From NCBI GenBank assembly GCA_030167865.1, contig JALAGF010000333.1:54198-74197 (forward strand): a stretch of DNA of 20,000 nt, in the 5' to 3' direction. Of the stretch, positions 1 to 12,867 are shown in pieces (the stretch's first letter is position 1; every line of letters starts with the position of its first letter). Position numbers and translations under genes: made by a program. The notes beneath the pieces are model-generated. The model did no database searches. It saw only the letters and a list, made by a program, of their open reading frames with translations, and was not told the DNA's origin. The DNA comes from Craspedostauros australis (lineage: Eukaryota).

Positions 1-597
1 GCAGAGGATGACGTGTCGTGAGGCAGTTCGAGGATTGGCTCGCGTTGACCACACGAATGACACAAGAGAGCAAAGTGGGCACGTTTCGTGACCGAGCGAG
101 CAACCGACGTCACACAATTGTCGAGACGTTGTCGGAACACTTGAATTCCGTGCCGACGTCGCTGACCTTCTTTGTGTGCCTTCCTTCCTTGATCTCTTGT
201 GTTTGTTGTGTTTGTCTTGCTTGTTTGTTTTGGGTTGTTGACTTTCTCCGCCTGGATCCACCAGCTCACTCGATCATCCAATCGTATGCTGGGATTCGAA
301 CCATCGTATGAACTCGTAGTCGCAAGCTGTTGTGGAAGAGCAGTCACATAGTTCGCGTTGGTCCCATTGCCTCGGCAACGTCAATGTCAACATCACAAGC
401 GTCAAGGAGGTCAACATCAACGTTTTCAGCATCATCACATTTTCAATCATTGAGGAGCGATTGTGCATTCATTGCGCATTGAGGAATTGAATAGGACCAT
501 CAAAGAGGAGTCAAGAGAGAGGGAGAGAGAGAGATCATTGCATACATCCAACACTGTATTACATACACCGCTCCAGAATAATAGCAACAACCGAAAG

Positions 598-3066
598 ATG
601 AAGTTGCTTTCCATCACAGCCATCGTTGCGGCGACCGCGTTGCTGACTCCCAACGTCAGCGCGTTCACTCCAACCGCGTTGAGAACATCGTCGCCGCTGA
701 TCCATGGAGGAGGCAGCCGAACTGCCCCTGTCCTCACCGTTCTGTCAGCGACCGAGGAGGCCAAAGAGACGGAGAAGCAGCTGCGCAAGGAGATCGAAGC
801 GCGCAATTCCTTGGTCAAGGATGAGGGCCAATACGCCGTCGCAGACGGCGATCGTCTCAGCGCAGGCTTGGACGAGGAGCAGGACAGCATGGATAATGGA
901 TCCGCCGCGGCAGCCCACGACGATGCCCTCAGCGAAACGATGGAGCGCCTGACAAAGCCACGCGCCTACCCGCTGTTCCTCGCGGAAAAGGCCGCCGAAG
1001 TGCTCGAGAGCACCCTGCAGGACTTCCTGCCAGGACCCACCGACGATGCTCCCAATGGAACGAAGGAGCGTCTCGTCATTCTGGGCACGGGATGGGGATC
1101 GGCCGCATTCCTCTCCGAAATCGATTCCTGCATGTACGATGTCACCGTCATTTCGCCACGCAACTACTTCCTCTTCACGCCCATGCTGGCAGGTGCCAGC
1201 GTCGGCACTGTGGAATTCCGTTCCATCACGGAGCCCATCCGTCAGGTGAGCATGCGTTGCACTTGTGTGTTGTCGTGACGAGCGCGCAATTTATCGTGTG
1301 CTTGGCGCACGTTTGGTTGTGCTCAAACACAGTTGCAGAGACAACTCGCATTGTTGGGGCATACGCGTAATGACCAGTCCACTCGAACGAGAAAGCAGCA
1401 GTCCAATTCATCAACCACTTCCCTATTTCTTATAATACTCCACACCTTCTCACATTACTTGCATTCTACTGCTCTCTCTCTCTCCCTGCAATCGCAATCA
1501 CACAGCTCAATGGCAAAGCCATGTACATGGAGGCCACCGCCACATCCGTGGACCCGGACTCCCGAACCATCACGTGCGAATCCGTAATCTGTGATGGCAA
1601 TGCCTGCGATATTGAAGACTTCACCGTCGAATACGACCGTCTCCTCGTCACCGTCGGTGCCCAAACCAACACCTTCGGCATCCCCGGTGTTCGGGAGCAT
1701 TGCAATTACTTGCGACAGATCGAGGATGCGCGTCGCGTCCGCACCTCCATCGTCAACTGCTTCGAACGTGCCAATTTGCCTCATTTGACCGACGAAGAGC
1801 GCGTTAAGAATCTCACGTTTGCTGTCATTGGAGCCGGTCCCACTGGAATGTGAGTTGCGTATATGTGGGTGTGTTGGTGGGTGGGTGTTGGTGGGTGTTG
1901 GAGAAGGTTGAAGAATGGTGCATCGATGTGTACAGTCTGCCATGTTCGTATCCGAAGTGCCGTGCAAGCAATTGTCGCATCCAAGTCTCACCGTGTTTGG
2001 TTCCATGTTTGGTTCCATTTTCTCAATCAACCCCTTCGATGGACGCCTGCAATCGACACATGCATTGATGGATCAAATGATACATACTGTCAAATGCCCC
2101 ACATATGCACATTTGCAATCACCATCAAACCTGCACAGCGAGTTCGCCGCTGAGCTGCGTGATTTCATTGAGCAGGACGGGCCAAAGTTCTACCCCAACC
2201 TGCTCAAGTTCGTGCGCATCAAGGTCATTGAGGCGTCCGGCACCGTCCTTGCACCGTTCGATAAGTCCTTGCAGGAGGAGGCGATCGCACAGATGAACAG
2301 ACAGGTCGAGATCAAGGACCCGGAGGTCGCCAAGCTGTTGCCAGACCGATTCAAGCTGGTGGAGTTGCTGCTCGAGAGCTCCGTGAAGGAGGTCACCGAA
2401 AAGACCATCTTCCTCAACGACGGTTCCTCTTTGGATTACGGATTGTCCGTCTGGGCCGCAGGCAACGGGCCGCTTCCATTCACGCTCGATCTCATCGAGA
2501 AGCTCGGTGAGGAGCAGGCCAGCCAGCAGGACTCCGCGCGTGGACGCATCGCCACCGATCCCTGGATGAGAGCCTACGGCAGCAAGGGATCCGTCATCGC
2601 CTTCGGTGACTGCTCCTGCATCACCCAGGGCATGCTTCCGGCCACAGCGCAGGTCGCATCGCAGCAGGGTGAGTATTTGGCCAAGCTCATGAACAAGAAG
2701 TACGACCTGAGCCCGGAGGTGTCCCAGTCGGGCGTCCTGCCACCACCCACAAAGCAGAAATCTTCCAAGAACGCAACTCCGTCGCTTTCCGACGTGATCG
2801 CCAGCGTGTCGACCAAGTCCATCGAGTACGCCAAACCATTCCAGTTCCTCAACTTGGGAATATTGGCCTACACCGGAGGCGGCTCCGCGTTGGCGCAGGT
2901 ATCCGCCGTGCCCGACACGGATCCGATCAAGGGGACCGGACAGGTCGGAAATGCCGTGTGGAAGGCCGTCTACTTGAGCAAGCAATTCTCCGTCCGCAAC
3001 CGTCTGCTCGTCCTCAACGACTGGACGAACCGGCAGATATTTGGACGCGACATCACCAGACTGTAG
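598..3066 (+). CDS. Type II NAD(P)H:quinone oxidoreductase (NDH-2), probably plastid-targeted; 3 exons 598-1245, 1506-1849, 2139-3066 (639 aa)
   Basis: Motifs: first Rossmann RLVILGTGWGS, SPRNYFLFTPMLAGASVGTVE, YDRLLVTVGAQTNTFGIPGV, second Rossmann GAGPTG-I-EFAAEL (restored by splicing), VWAAG, FGDC, and quinone-site AQVASQQG. Introns 1246-1505 (GTGAG..CACAG) and 1850-2138 (GTGAGT..CACAG) join the exons in frame (1920 nt). N-terminus MKLLSITAIVAATALLTPNVSA|FTP is a signal peptide plus ASAFAP-like motif. Confidence 0.93.
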
Positions 3067-4230
3067 AGTGATGGGATGATTGGATCGGATCGATAAGTTG
3101 CATGGCTGCTTGCTTGCGTGCAAGGAGCGCCTTTCTCTCGACGCGGGGAGGGGGTGCAAGTACGCGCATACATCATACAGAGAATGAGTTGGGAGAGCAC
3201 CGCCGCATGGACGGAATAGTTGGAATCATATGAAATACTAACACTATGGAAGGTACCCCACTCTTACTCGACGATCCTCGTGCGGATATACTCGTGCGAG
3301 TAGTACGACCTGTGCTGGTACCCACACCGGCAGCATGCTTCACATCGTCGTGCTCGTGCTGCTTGGTCATATTCCATTTGTCTCTTGTTTGGATTGAAGA
3401 TGAACAATTGCGGTCCCTCCGTTGGATCATGATTCTACATGCACTCGAGCTGTTCCAAAACATGTTGCCCGTCTGGATGACAAAGCGAAGGCCTCACCCT
3501 TCTGCTCGGGTTCCCCATTGAAAATATCAGCGGTGATCACTTGGTGCCGTGCGACCTGCGCCTTCGCTTCGGAGATGACGGACAGCGCAGAGGAAGGATC
3601 TGTCCACGATCAGTCCCGCACCTGCTCGCACGAAGAACGAGTAAGGGGGTCCGTCCTCCCTGTAAATCTGACAGATCGTCTTCCCACTGCCGTCGTCGTT
3701 CACTTCTTGCTTACCAGCCACCGACATGGGGAAACTTGTAGCGACGGGGCAGATACATCTCTGCAGCAACTTGCTTGGGTCGATAGTAGCATCTGGGATG
3801 ACAAAAATGACAATCCTGCATCTTGAACATCAACCGGTACGCCTTGAGAATGCTTCGAACTAGGTAGTATGAACTACATACATCGTAGAATGCACATCAC
3901 ATCGCCGCAAAGGAAACGAGCATTGTGCATCATGTGCATCTTGTACATAAATGCATCGCAAACAGCGCTTCCAACGAAACGCAATGCACAGCGGCATAGC
4001 TGCGTTGTGCCGCAGCACTGCTCCGGAACGCGTTGGGACTCCGGCAGTTTGCAAGATCAGGCCTCGTGCTCACGTGATGGCTGGCCAGATATACGTGTTG
4101 GTGGCGGTGGCACGAAAATCATGGCCATTCTGTCCCCACGATTGCTGTGATCGTCTTTATCCGCATCGCACGCCATGCATACAGTAAGCTTGCCGATTCG
4201 TTCCTCGCGTAAATTGAACATCGAGAGTTT

Positions 4231-4905
4231 TCAATCTTCATCGCTATCATCATCATCATCGCTGCTACTGCTGCTGGAGTCGCTGAGGTTCATTGTGGTA
4301 GCAATAACCCGCGGCTGATTGCGCGGGGCGCGATTTCTCGGTTGCTGAGAAGCGCGATCCGCGGTGGTGGACGACTGACCCGCAGCCGACTGCTGCCGTT
4401 GCTGCGTCTTGGCGTTGCCGCTGCTGGGATCATCCGTCTTGCCTGCGGCTGCGGATTGGTTCTTGGCCTCCTCCTCCGCTGCCTTCTTCTTCGTCTCCCT
4501 GGCCTTGGCCTCCTCCTCTTCCTCTCGCTTGCGCTTCTTGTCGCGCTCCGACTGGCGTGCCTGGTTGAGCTGCAGAGTCGCCAACGCTCCGCCCCGCAAC
4601 TGATGCGGCAGCGGGTTCGGCGTGCAAAAGCCCACCACCGGAGCGTTGGGGTTCCAACCAGCCGGCGCCGACGTCCTCGCGGAGTAGTTCCTCGCGACGG
4701 CCAGGACCTGCTGCACTTCCTGCATCGTGCGGGGGATGGGGCGCACGCGCTTCTTGAACTGATCGCGCGACGAAGTGGATTTGGAGAGCCACGGCTCCAC
4801 CGTCTCCAGCTTCGCCGTGATGGATCGCTCCACCTCGATCATTTCCCGCAGTCTCGACAGCAGATCCGCGTCTGGCTTTCGTTGTTCGCCTCTTTCCTCC
4901 ATCAT
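4231..4905 (-). CDS. MED4: Mediator subunit 4-like protein (about 224 aa)
   Basis: VQQVLAVARNYSARTSAPAGWNPNAPVVGFCTPNPLPHQLRGGAL resembles the conserved Med4 C-terminal block (L..A..IS..T.AP..W.P......P.P....R.G.L). It is followed by a charged segment and a Ser/Asp tail (LSDSSSSSSDDDDDSDED). Start taken at the ATGATG at 4905. Confidence 0.65.
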   Translation of the reverse strand: MMEERGEQRKPDADLLSRLREMIEVERSITAKLETVEPWLSKSTSSRDQFKKRVRPIPRTMQEVQQVLAVARNYSARTSAPAGWNPNAPVVGFCTPNPLPHQLRGGALATLQLNQARQSERDKKRKREEEEEAKARETKKKAAEEEAKNQSAAAGKTDDPSSGNAKTQQRQQSAAGQSSTTADRASQQPRNRAPRNQPRVIATTMNLSDSSSSSSDDDDDSDED

Positions 4906-5630
4906 AGTAGTCCTCGTATTGTGTTGGTCCTGGTTTGCCTCGTTGCCTTGTTGTGTCGTTGTGTCGTTGTGTCGTCGGAGCGAGAGTGTTGCGTTTGTGC
5001 TTGGGTGGTGCCGCATCTGTGGCCTTCGTCGTTGTTGCTCTTGTCATCGTTGTTGTTGTTGGGAACACAACACAGCGAAACAAAAGATCTGGTTGTTCAT
5101 GTAATTCGTTGCGTGACTGACTGTCTGTTTGCGTTTCTCACATGGCTGTCTACACACTATTAGGCACATTCGGCATGTTTCAGTCTGCACTTCTACCGTC
5201 TGAGAAACAACAAGGGTTTCTCAGCTGATCTAGATCACAAAGTGCTTGTGTGTTGGTTGCTCAAGGCACCATGACAAACTATCTGACCAGCGCCAGTGCT
5301 CTAAACGATCGTTTGTCGTCATGGGAGAAAGTAACAACCCAGTTATCACCTCTGATGCACACATGGCGTGGCCAAGAACATTGGCTTCGGTCGGTCGTCC
5401 TGGGAGTACGTGAATGGATTGGTTCAGTCGCGGGTTGACATTGGTATCTTTTTGTCCAGAAGCACCAGACATGCGCAGATGCGTAACTGCTTCCGATTGA
5501 GCTGAGGATCGGGCAGAGCGAGCAAGGGAGGGACAGGAGCAGACATCGGTTGCCACTTCGTCCCATGCTTGGATTGACATGAGCGGACGCAACGACACAG
5601 GAAGAGAATAATTGCAAAGCAGCTCTTGCG

Positions 5631-7052
5631 ATGTCAACGAAGCCAACAATCGTGAAGACCAGATGCGCGCCTCGGTGGTGGCAGACCTGTGCCTGGATCT
5701 CAGTGTGGCTGCTTGTTGTGCAACTGCACCATGCACCCGACGTGATGGCATGGTCGCCATCGTCGTTCCTGAGGAGCAGCCGAAGCGTGATCCTTCCCGT
5801 TGCATCGACAACACCATGTCTTGCAGCAATGATTGGTAATCAGTTCAGGCCGGCGGGAGAGAGCAAGGCGCTATTTGGGCAAGCCGTTGACCGACCGAGC
5901 CGTCGACGTTGCCGCAGGTTCACGTCGTATCTCGCTGTGGCTGGATCTTCTTCGTTGGACGCTGACGGTGATGGCGGTGTCGATAATACCGACAATGACA
6001 GTGGATCCAGCGCAATGGAGAACGCCCAATCCAGTGCGCATTCAGTATTATCAGGATCGGAGGCAGCGGGAGTGGCCGCCCAGCAAAGCGCTATCGCAGA
6101 TATCCGTAGCTGTTCCAGATGGCTCATATGTTCCGCCATCTTTGACATGATTATCAATTCGATCATTTCGGAGAAGGTGATCCCAACCTTGCAGCTCTGG
6201 CGTCAAGGTGAATGGTATGTCACGGACATGGAAGAGTCGCTGCTTCTGGTTCTGGAGCCAGTGTGGAAGATTGCGCTGTCCGTTGGATTGCTGGGAGAGT
6301 ACGGTGGCGCGCAACAGAGCAGAAATGGCAGCAAAGATGCTGGCAACGATGCTGGGCAGACGATTGATGCCACAAAGCCGCAGGAGTCGCTGGTGTCTCG
6401 ATGGACAACGACGGCCAAGTTGTGGAGAGAATCGTCGTGGTTCTTTGCTTTCACTGCATGCGTCGAATTCACGGAGATATTCCATGACGATGTGAGGGCA
6501 TGGTTGGCCATGATTGCCACCTGCATCTTCGGGTCCTTGTGGATGAGACGTTGGACGCAGATGCAGTTGAGTGGACGCCTGGATGACTCTTCGTTCGCCA
6601 CGACGGGATATCGGGTTGTGCGCAACATGGCGCTGTGCTCCGGGGCGTTGCTCCTGCAAACCATCGTGGGAATAGCGCTGGCATTCAGCAGCGTCTTCGT
6701 AGAGTCTAAGGAGAGAGGTCTTGCTATTGGCGATGCGTTCCTTGGCGCGTTTGGAAATACGAAGGCTATTTCCACGTTGCTGCTGAGATTGGTGAGCGTA
6801 CGGACCCCGCTGATCATGGGGTGGTTGCTGTGGAGGTTGCGCAAGGCGACAGCGACGACGGTCATCGCTTCCATGGAGTCAGGTGGTGCTGATGCTGGAC
6901 GCAATGAAGGCGACGAGAAGGTGGGAGACAAGCTGTGGGATGCGCAGTCCAACTTTTACAGGAAGGTGCGAGACACGATGAGAGGAGAAGTCCTCTCGAA
7001 GACGACGGCCCTGGTTGCGCTCAGATTGGTTTCGCTACTTAAGTTCATCTGA
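5631..7052 (+). CDS. Unknown multi-pass membrane protein (473 aa), possibly plastid-targeted
   Basis: 1.4-kb uninterrupted ATG-started ORF with several hydrophobic segments (WLICSAIFDMII, LLLVLEPVWKIALSVGLLG, AWLAMIATCIFGSLW, LCSGALLLQTIVGIALAFSSVF). A hydrophobic N-terminal stretch is followed by VMA|WSPSS and a Ser/Arg-rich transit-like region. No family recognised. Confidence 0.7.
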   Translation: MSTKPTIVKTRCAPRWWQTCAWISVWLLVVQLHHAPDVMAWSPSSFLRSSRSVILPVASTTPCLAAMIGNQFRPAGESKALFGQAVDRPSRRRCRRFTSYLAVAGSSSLDADGDGGVDNTDNDSGSSAMENAQSSAHSVLSGSEAAGVAAQQSAIADIRSCSRWLICSAIFDMIINSIISEKVIPTLQLWRQGEWYVTDMEESLLLVLEPVWKIALSVGLLGEYGGAQQSRNGSKDAGNDAGQTIDATKPQESLVSRWTTTAKLWRESSWFFAFTACVEFTEIFHDDVRAWLAMIATCIFGSLWMRRWTQMQLSGRLDDSSFATTGYRVVRNMALCSGALLLQTIVGIALAFSSVFVESKERGLAIGDAFLGAFGNTKAISTLLLRLVSVRTPLIMGWLLWRLRKATATTVIASMESGGADAGRNEGDEKVGDKLWDAQSNFYRKVRDTMRGEVLSKTTALVALRLVSLLKFI

Positions 7053-7437
7053 GTGTGTGAGTGTGTGCGTGTGTACGACTATGAATGATAGTTATAAGCG
7101 CAAATATACAAAGCAGTGTACGTTTCATGCGAGAATCAACGCATTCATCACATGAATCAAGCGTGGCGTTCGTTCTGAGGAACTGTTGATTCATGAGGAG
7201 CCCATTCGTACAGGAATGGTTGAGCTTGGCTTACCCAAGTCCACGCATCTACAGTTCTGAGCAGGTAGAGAGGGAGAGAAAGAGAGAGGTGTCTAAAGAT
7301 TGCAACAGGTTGGTCTATAATGTGGTTATTGGTGACATCTAAATGAAGGATCGCGAGCTTGAGATGAGAGAAGGAGAGAAAAGAAGAGAAGAGGTACAAA
7401 TTCGAGCACACAGAACGCGCATGGGTGGAGTCTTGGT

Positions 7438-7474
7438 CTTTGTTCGTTTGAGTAGGAACAAAAGTTCCTTGTTT
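7438..7474 (-). terminator. Histone 3' stem-loop element, H3 copy (hairpin 7454-7469; ACAAAG 7438-7443)
   Basis: Minus strand reads AAACA AGGAAC TTTT GTTCCT ACTCAAACGA ACAAAG; the hairpin begins 240 nt after the H3 stop codon. Confidence 0.85.
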
Positions 7475-7709
7475 GTTTGTTGTTTGATTGCTTGGTGTTG
7501 CTTGTGTTTGTTGGCCGAATCGATGGGAGACGAGCTGGTGCGGATCGCTGCAAGTGCACGTGAAGGAGGGTTTAGTTCCCACGCATGCAATCGCAGCATC
7601 CGTTGCCCAGCACGGTAGCGCGCTGCGCGGAGGCAAACGGCCACTCCATCGGTTCGTGTTCGTGTTTGTTTTCGTGTGCTCGATGTCACTTGGTGTGGAC
7701 ACTGTGCAC

Positions 7710-9074
<1,365 letters not shown>

Positions 9075-9207
9075 GTGATACGATCGCTCTACCGCACAGC
9101 AATAGAAAAGCGTGCGAGAACCACCAACGCCAAACAACACACATGGGACTTCTGATTGACCAACTGCACAAAACGAGCAGTGAAAGCAGCAACGAAAACA
9201 AAAAATA

Positions 9208-9239
9208 CAAACAACAACAAACAAACAAACAAACAAACA
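9208..9239 (+). repeat. (AAC)/(AAAC)n simple repeat abutting the H4 hairpin
   Basis: caaacaacaacaaacaaacaaacaaacaaaca directly precedes AGGAAC. Confidence 0.85.
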
Positions 9240-9271
9240 AGGAACTTTTGTTCCTACTCAAACCAACAAAG
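9235..9271 (+). terminator. Histone 3' stem-loop element, H4 copy (hairpin 9240-9255; ACAAAG 9266-9271)
   Basis: AAACA AGGAAC TTTT GTTCCT ACTCAAACCA ACAAAG; 165 nt after the H4 stop. Confidence 0.85.
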
Positions 9272-11362
9272 CCAACAACTCCAAACCTGTCCTGCGCTTG
9301 TGCATTTGCAGATTCATTTTGCTGCCTGTTGTCGACTCATCCGCATCCAGCCAATTTTGTGCACGCAGCATACACTCCTCGTCAGTGGTCAATCGGCAGA
9401 TTGCAACAATCAAAGCTATTCCACATCTAAAACATAATAATATAATTGTACACATTCATTTACCAATCCAACACGCCGCGCGCCTTTTCATAGACCGTAG
9501 CAAACTTAGCGCGTACTTATGATAGCAGCAACGAGCGTGATGACAACCAGCGCAGATCCGGTGATGATCATCCACAACCCTGTTGAGACGTGGTGAGACG
9601 CGGTGCTGTTACGTCAACATGCTCTCACATTCGACCACGATTGCAGACAAGTGCGGACAAATGCACGTGATCAGAAATGGCCGAGATTTCTGTGTTCGGT
9701 TTTCAGAATTGGGTCTACTTCTGTACTCGGCGCGCACCTTCCCACATTTTCCGCACCAACACGCAAACACACACAAAACCGTTCCATGCATCGCATAACA
9801 GGATGAGGACATCAGGTGGTGCATCCCAATGGATCGAAGCGCATGAAGCGGAATCTCGTGCATCATATATGCGCATGTAATGATGGACGTGCGGTGCTGC
9901 GGGTTTCTCCTCATTGCCCATGATTGAACGAACGATCATCCGAGACGCACCAGGATGTGAAGTGGACCAAGTTTGGACATGCCATGATTCACAACTGTCG
10001 CGGATCAAAGACGATGTTTAGAAATGGCGGAATGAATCAGCGCAAGATGCGACGGACAATGCGTGATGGTCTTCAGAGGTAAGTATGATGGTGACACAAT
10101 CGAGCACTCCTGCAGTTGCTGTAGCGAGAATAGTACCAGGGGGTACATGAGGTTGTGCAGAGATTCGCTGCATGATGGTTTTGTGAACAAACGGCACTCT
10201 GGCGAGCAGTTCGAATGTGCCGCTTCGCTGCGAAGCATCCAGCGCGGTGAAAGAATAAAATGCCCACCTGTTACTCTCAATCGCATGTCCTGCATACAAT
10301 GAATCTCATAATGCGAGTACCATTTCACACAGATGTCCGCATTCAGAACCAAGCGGCACAGTTGCGCGATGCGTTTTCAGAATTGTTATCGAACAGCGAC
10401 GATTGTGTCCCTCTCCTGCATGATTTCTGATCACCGAGCACTCCAGAACAAACCACACCTGCATCGTCTCAACCAATGCATGCGTTCACAGCGTATTCTA
10501 CAACACCATGCACATGATGATTTGCCCAGATATAGTCAGATGGAATGCTGCAGCTTACTCTTCTGTAAATGGAATGCGGCCTGTCGTTTTCCGTACCACG
10601 CTCGGCGTATCGGGATGGATTCTGGATGATCAGGACGGGAGAGGAGAAATGGACAGGATTGGTTGGAACTCAATTCACCAACATTCATCATTACGATTTT
10701 GCTTTGTTCACTGCTGCTGTAGCATTCAATGACAATGGAAGTGCGATTCATGGGGAGCAGCAACTCGCAGGCCTCGCTACACTTCCACAGAGATGAAATA
10801 AAATTCTACCCATCATCTCTCTCCTCCTCTCAATTGAGTGCCACCACCTCACAACATACCAATGATGACAGAGTTGCTGCTTTGGGATGATTTGATCCAC
10901 AACACCAATACAGCATGCAGCAGCCTCCAAATGCGGAAACGAGCCCACTTTGTATCACCGCACAGGTTAGCTAGTGCATATTTTCATAGTGGAGCAGCCG
11001 ATCTACAATGCAAGTACTGCCATGAGGAAAGAGAGACGAGATACACCCAATCCGCTGCAATTCCAAGTTGGTTTCAGGGTTGCGTCTCGTGTGGTGCCGA
11101 TTACTCATCGAAGATTTCTTCTGGAACATTCCAGAGAGGGTGCGCACTAAAGTGACTACAAAAGTACCTTTTGCCAACACAGAAACGAACCTTCGTCAGA
11201 CGGTCCTCGTTTTCCGACTCAGCAGTGTTCGAACAACCAGTCTGCGCTATGTGATGCCTGTGATGGAGCAACACAAGGATCACTGAGTTGTTCATCGTTT
11301 GCATCGGAACAAAGGATGTACGAGCACGCTGGATTGGAGGGGCCATAACGACAACAACCATC

Positions 11363-12692
11363 ATGAAGCTCCTAACCTCATGCCTCCTCGTGACAAGCAC
11401 GAGCGCCTTCCAAGCGCCGCTGCCAACAAAGCACCACGGCCGTCGCGGCACGTTCCTTCAAGCCGATATTCCGTTCGACGTGGAGCCCAGCGATGTCAGC
11501 ACCAGCGGCAGCACCGCACGCGAGGATCTGCTGACCACGGCGCAATCCTTGAACGATAAGTACGGCCTGCTGATCATCGACAAGAACTCCAAAACGACGC
11601 TGAATGATGCCGCGAAGACGTTGGAAAACGAGACGGTTCCAGCCAACACGGACGTCAACATGCTGATCGGGGAATGGGATCTGGTGTGCTCCACCGCCAT
11701 GCTGGCGTCGGACAAGCAAAAGTCGTTCGGCATCAACGTCGATGATCTGCCCTTGATCAACGCATCGCCGATCGCGGACTTGCGACGCAACATCAAGAAA
11801 TCGTTGGATCTGCAGGTGCAGCAGGTCATCAAGAAGACCTCGGACGACGACGGCGTTGCCATCGATCGCGTGGACCACGTGCTGCAGTCGACGCCGCTGA
11901 ACCTGTTCCGCGATGTGGTGGTGCGCAACGACGATGTTCCGCAGCAGCTGCGTGATTCTCTCAGCAACGTGGATTTGAATCCGCTGAAGGTGGGCACGAC
12001 CAAGGCTGTGCTGGTCCACAAGGCCGAGGTCAAGTCATCGGATCCGCAGCTGGATGTGCAGTTGAATCTTCAGAGCGTCGTGTGTAAGTCGACAACGACT
12101 TGTATTGGGGAGGCAATTGGATGACAACGCGTTCACAATTGCGTGAGGTTGTGTTATGTTTGGGACATGCGCCAATTATGTGAAGCTTTGCAGAGGAGTT
12201 GGTGATGATGCTTTGCCCTCATTCGTTCCACTGACATTGTCTTCATTCACCTATCTCGTATCGCATCTCATTGTTGCTGCAGTGAACGTCGCTGGCAAGT
12301 CTGAACAGCTGGATCCAAATGGCGCGGATGTTCTCGGACTGAATATTCCGCTGTCCGAATTCTTGGACGGCGGCTCTTTCAAGACTACGTACATGGATGA
12401 GACGCTTCGCATCAGTCGCAGCAAGACAGGCATTGTGGAACAGCTTCGTGTGTTCACGCGTGCCCCAAAGGAGGAAGAAAGCGTTGATGAAGTGATCGAG
12501 GATGAGGCTGATGCAGAATTGATTCCACTCGATGATGACGACGAAGTTGATGTTGCCGCCGTTGAGAAGGGGATAGCGACAGAGACAGCTATCCCAATCG
12601 ATGCTGTTGTGGAGGATAAGGAGACCACTAACGAGACCGAGACAGAATCTGACGAAGAAACCGATGACGATGAGGGTAACCGTGATAAATAG
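11363..12692 (+). CDS. Plastid lipid-associated protein (PAP)/fibrillin family; exons 11363-12083, 12283-12692 (376 aa)
   Basis: Bipartite targeting signal MKLLTSCLLVTSTSA|FQAP. Fibrillin-like motifs LIGEWDLVCST, VQQVI and GSFKTTYMDETLRISRS...LRVFTR, plus an acidic tail. Intron 12084-12282 (GTAAGT..TGCAG) gives in-frame VVLNVAG. Confidence 0.85.
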
Positions 12693-12867
12693 ATGAAGGT
12701 TGAGCGTACTTTACAGTTGCTATACTTATATAATATTACACTGCTCTAGCTTTGTGCCTGCTTTGAAACTGGGAGATGGCGTGGTAGTGGTGATGAGAGA
12801 TGGAGAAAGGAAGAGGACGGTGCAAGGGTGAGGTGTCAGTTCAAGCACGCGCACGTGTGGATGGTCT

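Noticed and set aside
18-468. Short ORFs at the window start
   Set aside because: No homology cues; more likely promoter/UTR sequence upstream of NDH-2 or of a gene outside the window.
513-533. (GA)n and other dinucleotide or trinucleotide microsatellites (about 1472-1485, 7053-7074, 16405-16420, 18059-18078)
   Set aside because: Ordinary simple repeats in UTRs and introns with no higher-order pattern.
1915-2138. N-terminal part of the 383-aa ORF and the apparent fragmentation of NDH-2 into three ORFs
   Set aside because: Explained by two canonical introns; it is not a pseudogene or a frameshift.
3173-4187. Short ORFs between NDH-2 and the Med4-like gene
   Set aside because: No recognisable motif, coding-like bias or consistent splice pattern; treated as intergenic, though a decayed gene cannot be excluded.
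10695-10960. CTTTGT matches (complement of ACAAAG) as a U7-like RNA gene
   Set aside because: Six-nt matches are expected by chance, and I saw no convincing Sm-like site plus 3' hairpin following them.
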